Source: Octopus vulgaris (Eukaryota). From it: 64,000 nt of DNA. Positions 27,462 through 40,074 of this stretch are shown here, one piece after another. Location of the stretch: positions 35,092,001 to 35,156,000 of the forward strand of contig OX597829.1 of NCBI GenBank assembly GCA_951406725.2, in the 5' to 3' direction. Below the pieces are notes generated by a model. It made no database searches. It saw only the letters and a program-made list of their open reading frames with translations, and was not told where the DNA came from. A program made the position numbers and the translations under genes. Positions within the stretch are counted from its first letter, which is position 1. Each line of letters begins with the position of its first letter.

Positions 27462-27861
27462 CTAGCAGTATCGCCCGGCGTTGCTCGGGTTTGTAAGGGA
27501 AATAACTATATAAGCATTTTTAGAGAGTTATAGCCAAAAAATAGCAAAATAAATGCATTAAAAATGGAAAAAAAATTATGGTAAATTTTTTAAAAAATCG
27601 TTGATTTATCGTAGACACTTTTAGAGAGAGTTACTTCCCTTATATAATAGCGAAAAAATGCATTAAAATGGAAAAAATGATGGTAAAATATTTTTAAAAT
27701 CGTAGACTCATCGTAGACGCGCGCTAATACCCAGAAGGGCTCGATATGAATCACAACTATAAAATACCCGCTTTTGGTTACACTGCACCGCAAAATGTGG
27801 GAGTAGTTAGAAATCTAAATCGTAGGAGACAGACACACAACTTCACTTTTATATATAAAGA
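27462..27861 (-). mobile_element. Non-autonomous Helitron, complete
   Basis: 5' TC, 3' hairpin plus CTAG, inserted between A and T with no TSD; carries an internal duplication relative to 4544-4846. Confidence 0.93.
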
Positions 27862-28411
27862 TAAACTTAACCACGTCTCTCATTCCACAGCCACTAATAC
27901 CCACGAAATCACGCATTTATATACAAATATAAATATTCACATGCAATCATATATACGTACACACTCATATTACATACATACATACACACACATATATACA
28001 TCCATACATATATCCATCAATACATACATATATACATACATATATCTGTGTGTATGCGCGTGTAGGCATGTACTCATGACGTGTAGTGACAGCATACAGA
28101 AACGTAATACACACTTATATAACATTGGCAAACACATACTCACATACATAAAAATGCATTAATATGCAGACGAGTCCAACACAATTTTAGATATATACAT
28201 GCATATTTGAGGATTAATATACTATTACATATGCTCTTAAATACATAAGTATGAAATAATTCATAAACAAAAACATTACGTACATACACACATATATAAA
28301 TAGAAAGGTACAATGTACATTAAGAATATAATTAAATTGACAATTATCTAAATGCACAAACATACACATACATACAACCACACAAACTTGCTATATATAT
28401 ATATATTTTGT

Positions 28412-28444
<33 letters not shown>

Positions 28445-28446
28445 GT

Positions 28447-28512
<66 letters not shown>

Positions 28513-28945
28513 TGTTTACCTGCAACTGTTCGGTGACCTTTATATTCCCTTAAAAATATATATGTGAATATATCCTTAACCTGTTTATCGATGAGCAAAC
28601 TCATCCTTTACAAGTAGAATACCGTGTCAAATGCACATTTTCCAAATGTGAGTTTCTTACAAAGAATAAAAAGCACTCAAATATCAATTAATAAACATCG
28701 GGATAATGACATTTCTGAAATTCCTTTTTCTACAGCTTTTACCATTCCACCTTGTTCACAATAAGAACTATTACAGATTCTCTGTTCATATCCACTTAAA
28801 CAATGTGCATTGTCACCTCCATACCGGTTGTTCTGTGTTAAAGTTTTATACGCACTTAAAAATCATTTATTAACAAACGCCATCACACTACCTAACTCAC
28901 TAGTGCCACCCATGCATCTCACTTGTACAAGCACTCACACTGACA

Positions 28946-29014
<69 letters not shown>

Positions 29015-29137
29015 ACAAACACACACACACATACACGTGTATGTATGTTCACACACGTGTGTATGTGTGCATGTACGTATGCATGCCTGCATGTATGTAT
29101 TTGTGTATATATGTATTTCCGTATGTATATATATGTA

Positions 29138-29265
<128 letters not shown>

Positions 29266-29640
29266 CATACAGAAGCATGCATTCGTATGTATGTATTTAT
29301 GCATGTATGTATATATGAATGGTTGCGTGTAAGCATATATACATGCATGTGTGCGTGAATGCATATAGTCATGCATACATATTTGTACTTAGGTATATAT
29401 GAATGTATCTGTGTATTAATGTATTAATGAAAGAATGTGTATATGAATATGTATATATAAACGTATATTTGAAAGCATGTACGTAATAATGTACGAATAA
29501 ACGAGTGTGTATGAATTTATGCACGTATCTGTCTGTCCATCCCTCCAACGACTGTCTGTCTGTCTATGTATGTATGTATGTATGTATGTATGTATGTATG
29601 TATGTATGTATGTATGTATGTATGTATGTATGTATGTATG

Positions 29641-29671
<31 letters not shown>

Positions 29672-29926
29672 TGTATGTATGTATGTATGTATGTATGTAT
29701 GTATGTATGTATGTATGTATGTATGTATGTATGTATGAATGCATGTATGTATGTATGTATGTATGTATGTATGTGCGTATGTATGTATGTATGTATGTAT
29801 GCATGTATGTAATGGATGATGTATGTATGTATGTATGCATGTATGTATGTATGTATGTATGTATGTATGTATGTATGTATGTATGTGTGTGTGTATGTAT
29901 GTATGTATGTATGTATGTAATGTATG

Positions 29927-29957
<31 letters not shown>

Positions 29958-29971
29958 TGTATGTATGTATG

Positions 29972-30002
<31 letters not shown>

Positions 30003-30032
30003 TGTATGTATGTATGTATGTATGTATGTATG

Positions 30033-30063
<31 letters not shown>

Positions 30064-30221
30064 TTATCTATCTATACGTAGTTTAAACATACTGCACACA
30101 AATATAAAATATGTTTTAATTCGTCGACACAAATGTACTTATATACTCGTGTGTATGTGCATACACGCGGGTCTATTTTTATTTATATATTCACACACAC
30201 ATGTATGAAAGCATTTATGTA

Positions 30222-30252
<31 letters not shown>

Positions 30253-30531
30253 TCATGGTTAAATATATACATACATATTCATAGTTAAATACATACAAAC
30301 ACACATACATATATATATATTATAGATATCGATGCAGTTCTAAGTTAGCACATAAGTAAATGCAAACAGAACAAAAATACGCTGATGTATAAAATAATAT
30401 ACACGCACATTGTAGAAATCTATATTATGCCTACACCCAGACACATCCACACGCACATATATAGATATAAATATGCATAAGTAAATGCATTAACACATAG
30501 CAATATATGTATATATGCATAGATTTTACGC

Positions 30532-30581
<50 letters not shown>

Positions 30582-30719
30582 ATACACAATCACACACAAG
30601 CAAATCCTATGTTAGAGAAATCAATAAAGATTAAAAATATATACAAAGAAAAGCAAGAAAATCTTAACAACAATAATAAATAATAAAATTAGGAGTTATA
30701 ACAACAATAGTAACAGCGC

Positions 30720-30720
<1 letters not shown>

Positions 30721-30790
<70 letters not shown>

Positions 30791-30809
30791 CAACAACAAC
30801 AACAACAAC

Positions 30810-30886
<77 letters not shown>

Positions 30887-30917
30887 CAACAACAACAACA
30901 ACAATAATAATAATAAC

Positions 30918-30982
<65 letters not shown>

Positions 30983-31092
30983 CAACAACAACAACAATAA
31001 TAATAATAATAATAACAATAATAATAATAATAATAGATAATAATAACAACAACAACAACAACAGCAACATTAATAACAACAGCAAGAACAAC
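30721..31092. repeat. Alternating (AAT)n/(AAC)n compound microsatellite
   Basis: Long AAT blocks alternating with short AAC blocks; source of the poly-L/I/Y ORFs. Confidence 0.97.
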
Positions 31093-33448
31093 AATTGGAC
31101 AGGTGACATTAGATTGTGGAGTTTTACAGGAAAGTTTCTGCCGGAAGATATATTTCGTTATGTGAAAGTTGTCATAAGGCAAAAGTGTAGACGGAAGAGA
31201 CTTAGTTTCTAGATTTGTTTTATTTTAGTTTGTATGTATGTATGTATGTATGTATGTATGTATGTATGTATGTATGTATGTATGTATGTATGTATGTGTA
31301 TGTATGTATGTATGTATGTATGTATGTATGTATGTATGTATGTATGTATGCATGTATGTATGTATGTATGTATGTATGTATGTATGCATGCATGTATGTA
31401 TGTATGTATGTATGCATGCATGCATGTATGTATGCATGTATGTATGCATGTATGTATGTATGTATGTATGTATGTATTATGTATGTGTGTATGTATATTC
31501 ACAAGTATGCACAAACACGTACAAATATGCACCACACACACACACACACACATAAATACACGCTCCATACACACAAGCACACATCCATGTGTATGTGTAT
31601 ATACATATATTTATTATCTACATATACAAACCCTCTCACGTAAATAGGCAAATATATGTTTATAGCTACACACACATACATATATATATATATATACGCA
31701 CACACGTAAATGTATGTATGTATATGGTCGAGTAGTGTGTTTGCATACATATATATAAATATATAGGCATACATATCAATATATATACATGCATAGAATC
31801 ACATGTATAATTATATATATACACACACACATATATATATATGTATGTTTGTATGTATGATGTATACAAACATATAAATGCATACATATACTCACATGTA
31901 TGTGTATGTGAGACTGTATATACGCGCACGTGTGTGTGTGTGTGTGCATCAATGTATGCACTTATGTGAGTATACATATGCGTATGTTTTTCAAACACTT
32001 ACGATGTGTAAAATCTCTCCATGGTACACACATTAGACCTATAGTAAGGAAAAACCAGATTAAAAGTGCAAACTTACCAATGCAGAATGATGTTAAAAAA
32101 AGATTTAGTTGCACACAAAGTTCACATGTGCAGTTGCAGTGACATATTTAAAGTGATATTTTACCGCCAACACCTACGTAAACTTATACACACATACACA
32201 CTTAGGCTACTATCATGTATCAAATATACAATTCAATGTCACATATTGAATATAATTATATATTAAGCATAACATACGTACTTATTTGAATTTATGTAAA
32301 TCTGTATATATAATGTATAATATAATGCAGAGTATAAGCTTTATAATGTTATGTAATATTTACGCATTCATACGCTCTCTTTTATGCAATATATACACAA
32401 CAGCATACCCCTGTCGTCAAAAATATCGACAGTGCTATTAATGCAGAAAATGGCGAATCAAAACAATGTTGTATAAGATGTAAATTCAGAGAACTGTGTC
32501 GCAGAAAGCTCCTCCAACGGACACGGCTATCAGATTACATAGTAATCCTATACAGAGAAGTATACAGAGAGTGACTATGCAACTGAACTTTAGAAAATCC
32601 GATCAATAAAATTACTTCATGAGGTGCATATAAACCTTAAAAGTCAGGTGTGACAGGTGAGTATATAAATTTAACCACTCGACATCCATGATGTTTAGGT
32701 GGTTTGATGAGCTAACTTTCTTCACTTGGATTTGTGAATATATAATTGTATTGTATAATCGATAGCGTGAATATTAATGCAGACATGTAAACATAACTTT
32801 CCACACTGCTATTATTAATACGTTAAGAAAGTGGTGAGCGGCCGTAATCTAAAGGATATCAAGTGGTTAACTAAATACATACATCTCTCATATCCTCTGA
32901 CTTTATATATATATATATATATACACGTATATATGTATATATATGAACTCACACACACAAACACATACGCATACGCGCGCGCACATGCACACATATGTTC
33001 CCGCAAACGTTGTTTTTACTTCATATATCTACCATAACTAAGTCGCAGACCAACCACAAATCACATCCGGCTACCTGCCATACGTTATTGCATCATACTT
33101 GCACATCTATAACCGAAATAATGTTTCAGAAACTTAAAACATTTACTTGGTGGAATCAATTTTTACAAGAAATAGGATTAAATTTGTTGGACTCAGCAAC
33201 TTTACAATGAAAACATAAGAATTGTAGTACACTTATTCAAGAAGTTAATTACAGATTAGTTTAGGAATATTTTCCGCAAATGCAACCTGAATTACACCTG
33301 ATAAATCTGAGGCAAAAGCATCAAACTTGACATAAAATTCCACACGAAACATATATAAAACGGGAGACTAAAAATGCAACACGAACCACTAAACAAGTAG
33401 TAAAGTACTATCACTATATAATGCGATTAACGGCATCAAAAATATCAA

Positions 33449-33677
33449 CGGCGAGCTGGCAGAAACGTTAGCACTCCGGGCGAAATGATTAGCGGTATTT
33501 CGTCAGCTGCTACGTTCTGATTTCAAATTCCGCCGAGGTCGACTTTGCCTTTCATCCTTTCGGGGTCGATAAATTAAGTGCCAGTTACGCACTGGGGTCG
33601 ATGTAATCGACTTAATCCGTTTGTCTGTCCTTGTTTGTCCCCTCTGTGTTTAGCCCCTTGTGGGTAGTAAAGAAATA
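33449..33677 (+). mobile_element. SINE family A full length with TSD
   Basis: TSD GGCATCAAAAA(T/C)ATC at 33432-33446 and 33678-33692. Confidence 0.95.
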
Positions 33678-34807
33678 GGCATCAAAAACATCTAGGAATA
33701 ACTATGCCATACAACACGTCTTAATGACAAATTTACTTAACATTTCTACCACGCTATTTCGAAGGAAGTGTGAGAAAGGAATACGATATCAACAACAGGC
33801 TAAATTTCTTGTAATCCCTCACCTTGTCATACATAAACGCACATGTGCACTTACTCAAAGTAATGTACGCACGCTCACTCATTCGCAGTAACGTACACAG
33901 ATATATTTTCAGTCGGACTAGTGTACAAACATCAGCTCTGCTATTATCGACATTTCCTGCTACGCACATCCACCATCTAAATCCAGTCTATCCTAAATCC
34001 GCGTTCAAACAGCCTAACCACAACATGCAGAACTCTCACTTCTCTATCTTGATAAAAGTACCAATTCAAACTGTTCGCTCGTCTTCTTTTCCTCTCAGTA
34101 ACTACATTTCTACATTTTGTCTTGGATGGTTTGTTGCCAATACAGACCTTCACCTTATTATTTCGATTTGGATTTTACGTGAAGAAATGAAAATTTCTTC
34201 ACAGTTCATGAACTATTAGATAATGATAAATGTATTCTGAGAATTTCAACCAATTCCACTTTCATGAGGTCTAAATTAAGACAGCAATCGTTCCTCTCAC
34301 AAATACGCTTCACTTACTCTACTTACTCTAGAGTCATATTTAACACTTTTATCCTACTTTTGTCACACTAAATCTTAACCAAACTCGTTAGTTTGTACTA
34401 TCAGTAATTTTGGATACAAATTAATTTATGATGTTAAAGGACACATCCAGCAATGCTTTACTCAAAAATTATCCCGAAAATAGAAAGAAAAACGACGTAA
34501 TGACTTTACTGTCCGCAAATTTAATCCCGAGATTTCGGCTGGCCTATAGCCATGGTAAAAGCAATTGCCCAAGATACCACGCTACGGGATCAAACTCGGA
34601 ATCGCCTGATTGGAAGGGAACTTCTTAACGTAGCTAGTTTGCGTCCAGGCTATACATACATACATACATACATTCATACATACATGCATACATACATACA
34701 TACATACATACATACATACATACATACATACATGCATACATACATGCATACATACATACATACATACATACATACATACATACATACATACATACATACA
34801 TACTATT

Positions 34808-35335
34808 AAACCTGATATAATGGTTTGCGATAGAGAAGAGAAACTGTATACAGTTGTGGAAATCAGCTGCCCAGCAGATGTTAACCTGAAGCTGAAGAGA
34901 AAAAGAGAAAAAGAGAATACCTACGCTGAGCTATTGAGAAATCTGCAGTTACTCTATCCAGATTACAAGTTCGGGTTTATACCGGTAATTATTGGGGCAC
35001 TGTGATATGTAACACACTGCCTAAATACCAATCTTGAGAAATTAGGCTTCTCAAACCCAGAAAGGAGAAAGCTGATTCCAAGCCATCAATGGGACTTTAA
35101 GAATCTGAAAAAACTTTCCAAAAGGTTATCACTTAAGTATATAAGTGCATGTCTAGATATGCAAGTATATACGCATGAGAGGATATACATAAAACAAAAC
35201 ATACATACACACATATATACATACAAAATTACCCTGTTGTTGATGCTGAAATTCCAACAAAGGAGTCTTAGATCTAGGTTAGAAACCGGTACTTTCTCTA
35301 CTGGCAAGAAATCTTGAAATAAAACAGAATAACGA
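34808..35335 (+). mobile_element. CATA-associated Dong-like LINE 3' fragment
   Basis: KPDIMVCDREEKLYTVVEISCPADVN..EKENTYAEL..FIPVIIGAL (PD-(D/E)xK RLE) plus a complete 3' UTR; begins just after (CATA)n and ends GA-CATACATA. Confidence 0.92.
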
Positions 35336-35343
35336 CATACATA

Positions 35344-35680
35344 AAACTGAAGATCAGCGAAAAAGAAAATACTCACGCTGAACTATTGAGAAATTTTCAG
35401 TTACTCTTTCCAGATTATAAGTTCAGGTTTATACTTGTAATTATTGGGGCACTGTGATATGTAACACTTCCTAAATAGCAATCTTGAGAAATTAGGCTTC
35501 TCAAAACCAGAAAGGAGAAAGCTGATTCGAAGACTACAGATCCAAGCCGTCACTGTAACTGTAAAATACTGTAAAACATTCCAGAAGTTTATCATTTAAA
35601 TATATATGAGCATGTCTTGATATACAAGTACATGCATGAGAAGACACATAAAACAAAACATACAAATCTGCACGTATACA
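35344..35680 (+). mobile_element. Second tandem Dong-like 3' fragment
   Basis: Direct repeat of about 34890-35200, separated from the first copy only by CATACATA. Confidence 0.9.
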
Positions 35681-35733
35681 TTTATACATACATTCTTGCA
35701 TACATGCATTACATGTATACATACATATAATGT

Positions 35734-35766
<33 letters not shown>

Positions 35767-36537
35767 GCTGTGTGTATGTATGCGTGTGCGTGCGCATATA
35801 TATATATATATATCATTCTGCATAAATGGTGAAAGTATCGCCGAATGTTTAAAAACGCATTTCACAAACATGAAGAAAAACATGTCCTGAATAAATGACA
35901 GACCGATAAAAACAAAGAAATTATAAAAAAAACGAGCTCAGTCACTAATAGAAAAGCAATATTCTTCTGTCTAATGCCTTTCTGCCAAATGGCAACACTC
36001 TTAACACGCTAAGTGAGATTGTACTCGGATAGAAATTCTATAGGAAACAAAAGGTATACAAATGGAAACGATATTACATTGACTGCAGTGTTAGGAGACT
36101 TATACAGACAGCACGTGGACTCATTAAAGGAATTAATTTGAAATACTGTTAAAAAATTGGTTACTAAGGATTAACCCACCAAATACTGTTTTAAGTTTAG
36201 TCATTTACCTAACGTCCCAAAGAGATACACCACCAAAATAGTATGATTCTAACCATATTCAACTTTTCCTTTTCCTTCTTTAGGCTCTTCTTTTTTATTT
36301 ATTCTTCACTCTGATAAAATTCCATGTTTCAGATCGGTTTTATTGCCAAATATGATACATATTTTTAGCATATCAATGACAATACATTACAACATTGGAA
36401 GTAGAAACAACTGTTAGATGGAATGCAGTCTAGTTGTGTTGGATTAATAAATAATAATTAATGTAAGTCAATTGTTCATAAATACGTCTCCATTTTATGC
36501 TTTATATTTTGTCTCTAATTAATATTATATAATATTT

Positions 36538-36605
36538 TACTATAAAATTGGATTCAATCCTAAATCTGATTTTTCCCTGTAAATTTGGATTTATTCCCTA
36601 ATATT

Positions 36606-36610
<5 letters not shown>
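36538..36610 (+). repeat. Interspersed AT-rich repeat terminus abutting (TA)n
   Basis: CTATAAAATTGGATT(C/T)AATCCTAAATCTGATTTTT..TTTGGATTTATTCCCTA recurs at 44396-44456; a diverged relative lies at about 10505-10575. Confidence 0.75.
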
Positions 36611-36662
<52 letters not shown>

Positions 36663-36711
36663 CATATATACATATATGTGTGTATGTATGTTATGTTAAT
36701 AAAACCTATAA

Positions 36712-36862
36712 GGAGGTGCTTTTACCGTTAACGAAAGTAAACGGAGTCTTGATCAGGAGATACTGATGTCAGCACACGTATCCAACGTTCATCGTTTCAA
36801 CCCTGAACTATAACACCCACCCATTGGTGGGTCAACAGAGTTGGCCAATTCACTGTTCCTCT
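36712..36862 (-). mobile_element. HERO-like LINE 3' UTR fragment
   Basis: Aligns with 39090-39230 (GGAGGTGCT..GTATCCAACGTTCATC..TAACACCC..TTGGTG). Confidence 0.7.
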
Positions 36863-37342
36863 TCTTATGCATATACTTGTATATCTAGACATGCTCATAT
36901 ATACTTAAATGACAAACTTCCGGAAAGTTTTCAGATTTTTGCAGTTCCATTAATTGCTTGGATCTGTAGTCTTCCAATCAGCTTTCTCCTTTCTGGTTTC
37001 GAGAAACCTAATTTCTCAAGACTTGTATTTAGGCAATGTATTACATATCCCAGGGTCCCCATAATTACAGGTATAAACCTAAACTTGTAATCTGGAGGGA
37101 GTAACTGCAAATTCCTCAATAGTTCAGCATAGATATTATCTTTTTCGCTGATCTTCAGCTTTATGTTAACATCCGATGAGTGGGTGATTTCCACAACTGT
37201 ACACAGTTTCTCTTCTTTATCCCAAATCATTATATCAGGTCTATTGTGTTTACATTTTATTGAGGTTTTCACTGGGACATTCTGCCAGTAATCCTTTTTA
37301 TTATGAATGGCTATGACTTCTACCATACTGTAAGTTCTTATT
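36860..37342 (-). mobile_element. CATA-associated Dong-like LINE RLE fragment
   Basis: ORF 36931-37326: WQNVPVKTSIKCKHNRPDIMIWD..VVEI..IPVIMGTLG; 5' junction at the (CATA)n tract. Confidence 0.93.
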
Positions 37343-37354
37343 GATGTACGTACG

Positions 37355-37388
<34 letters not shown>

Positions 37389-37438
37389 TGTATGTATGTA
37401 TGTATGTATGTATGTATGTATGTATCTATGTATGTATG

Positions 37439-38906
37439 TCTCTTCTATTTTTTCACTACAATAAATCTTTCACTGAAGAGGGAGCCGGTTTCCAACAAAG
37501 ATACAAGGCTCAAACTTTGGGATGTAGTTAACACAGACAAATTCACATTTGGAACTTGTGAGAAGTCTTGTATATTTTTACTGTTCCACTCACAAATTGC
37601 ACTTATAATGTGCGGATTAGTCGGTCGATTTCTCTTTCTGAAAATCCCAGTTTATCCAGATTCTTCTTTAAACATTTACTAAAAAAACCTAGTGCTCCTA
37701 TTATTATTGGATCTGATTTCCACAACTGTACAGAATTTCTCTTCTCTATTTCAAATCATTATATCAAGTCTATTGTATTTGCATTTTATTGAGGTCTTCA
37801 CTAGTACATTCCAACAGCATTCCTTTTCATTATGAGTGGCTATGGCTTCTACCATATTGTGGGTTTTTATTTCTTTGTCCTCAGGTTTATCCTTCCAACA
37901 AATTTCATTATAGAGTGTTCTAGCTACAACGTCATGTCTCATCAATAGATAATACCGTGATGACATTTTCGGACAACTGCTTATGATGTAGGTGATATCT
38001 TCAGTGAGAACTCCACAAAGTCTGCATCGGTTGTCACATTTTACAGCTTTTCCTGCATCTCTATCCCTTTTGTGCATCAGGTACTTGGTTGAAATTTCCT
38101 GTTCCTGGATTGCAAACGCATAGCCTTCAAAGTGAGACGTAGTAATCCAGCTGTTCATCCACGATAAACTGCTTTGATAATCGATGTTACTATCATTACG
38201 GAGCTTTCTACTAACATATCCATGCATAGTCTTCTGCTCATATAGGTCCTGATGATACGTTGCGGTTGAGTCGTGCGACTTCTTTGGGCATATATTCTAG
38301 GTTATCAGACAAAGAGTGTTGCTCATGGAGCTGCCTTCCAAGTCTTATGATGTTATCAGCCTCATGTATGCAAACTTAGTTAAGGGATGCACTTCGACAC
38401 TTGGTGCTTAAAAGATCTTGTCGAAAGGATATGATACAACACTCAAAGGCATTTTGGATCGATGTTAAGCCTCTGCCTCTTTGTTTTCATTTTAGGCAGA
38501 GGCGGTCTACTACGTCACTGTTTATGTGGAAATTATGTGTGCTTGTTATAGTTTCCAGGTTTTCACATCAATGGCTCAGATCTCATCAAGCGTCCAATCA
38601 AGCAGGCCAAATGTTGGAATGATTAGTGGCACTGTAAACACATTGTGGACCACTGTTTTATTGAATGCAGAGAGTTCTGAGTGTCAAATTTTCTTTATTC
38701 AGCTGTAATATTCTTTAGCGACACGTGTTTTGTTAGTGGTTCCATTGTAAGATATATATTTCCCCCACCGCTAGATACCTGTAAAATTCCTTGTCAGATA
38801 GAGGGGAAATAGTCAAATCATTGATGGAGATGTTACTAGTCTGGTTTATAATTTCCCACCTTTTCACGACCATATAACAACATTTATCCTGGCCAAACTC
38901 CAATCC
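37439..38906 (-). mobile_element. Longest Dong-like LINE fragment (RT thumb, zinc knuckle, RLE)
   Basis: FGQDKC..YRYL, MHGYVSRKL..HFEGYAFAIQEQEI..CRLC(x8)YIISSC..RHDVVA..NRLDI; 3' end GA-CATACATA. Confidence 0.93.
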
Positions 38907-38982
38907 TAGGAGCTGAACTGTTGTACGCTTGGAGTATGTTTATGTACGTGTGAGAGTATAAAGAGTGAATTGTATGAACATG

Positions 38983-39073
<91 letters not shown>

Positions 39074-39089
39074 ATATATATATATATAT

Positions 39090-39530
39090 CAGGAGGTGCT
39101 ATTTCCATTCACTTTGGCTAGGAGGAATTGATATCATCAGACGGTATCCAACGTTCATCATTTTGACCATGATCCGTAACACCCTCCCGTTGGTGTGTCA
39201 GCAGAGGCAGCCAACACACTGCTCTTCATCTCCACCTGCTTCAAATCAACAAAAGGCTCTTTCAGCTGCCTCTCACATCTTGCGCACCGTCACCCTTCAC
39301 TCCAATGGCTGTAAGCAACCTCCATGCCGACTGAGCAGGTAATCCACTACACCCAATCTCGACAGGGAAAAGCCATACCTGCAATCCCTTCTCCCTGAAA
39401 TCCTGCAGAAGGCTCTCATATTTGGTACACTTCTGTTCATGGGCCTCATCATACCCCTCTTCCCACAGGACTGTGAGTTCAATTAAGATAATTTTCTTGC
39501 TCTTTTCAGACCAGAAGACCACATCTGTGA
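39090..39530 (-). mobile_element. HERO-clade (RLE) LINE 3' fragment
   Basis: DVVFWSEKSKKIILIELTVLWEE..EAHEQKCTKY..PVEIGCSG (compare PDIVLWS..IELTVPWE..VEVGCRG). Confidence 0.85.
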
Positions 39531-39545
39531 GTTTGGTTTTTTTTT

Positions 39546-39754
39546 GCAACATTGTCTTTATTAGTCTCACTACCTCTACTTTCACCCATGAGAACTTCAT
39601 TCATTATTTCTATTGACATTTAGATTCAGGATATTCCTCCCTGCTTTCTAGATAGGGTTAGGGTTAGGGTTAGGTTCTGACAATGCCTATCGCCTACCCT
39701 TAGAAGTAAGCAATAAAAATTCGTTTACTCAGTTCCTTCAAAATCGTATTTTAC

Positions 39755-39813
<59 letters not shown>

Positions 39814-40074
39814 ACACACACATACACACACATGTATACACACACACACACATATATATGTGTGTGTGTGTAGGTAGGTAGAATACGGTTTTGAAGGAAC
39901 TGAGTTAAAGAATTTTTATTCTAAGGATTGCCGAAAGAGATGTTAGAAAAGCAGCACCAGAACCTATCTAGAAGGCAGAGAGGAATATCCTGGACTTCAA
40001 ATGTCAATAGAAATAGTGAATGAAGTTATTATGGCTGAAAGTAGAGATAGTGAGACAAATAAAGACAATGATGC
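39546..40074. repeat. Long imperfect inverted repeat around (CA)n/(TG)n
   Basis: Arms of about 200 bp (39546-39758 and 39874-40074) are reverse-complementary with scattered mismatches and one divergent patch. Confidence 0.9.

Noticed and set aside
39128-39170. Permuted hammerhead in the HERO 3' UTR (also 36765-36800)
   Set aside because: One copy has CTGATGA without GAAA and the other GAAA without the full core; stems I and II do not pair.
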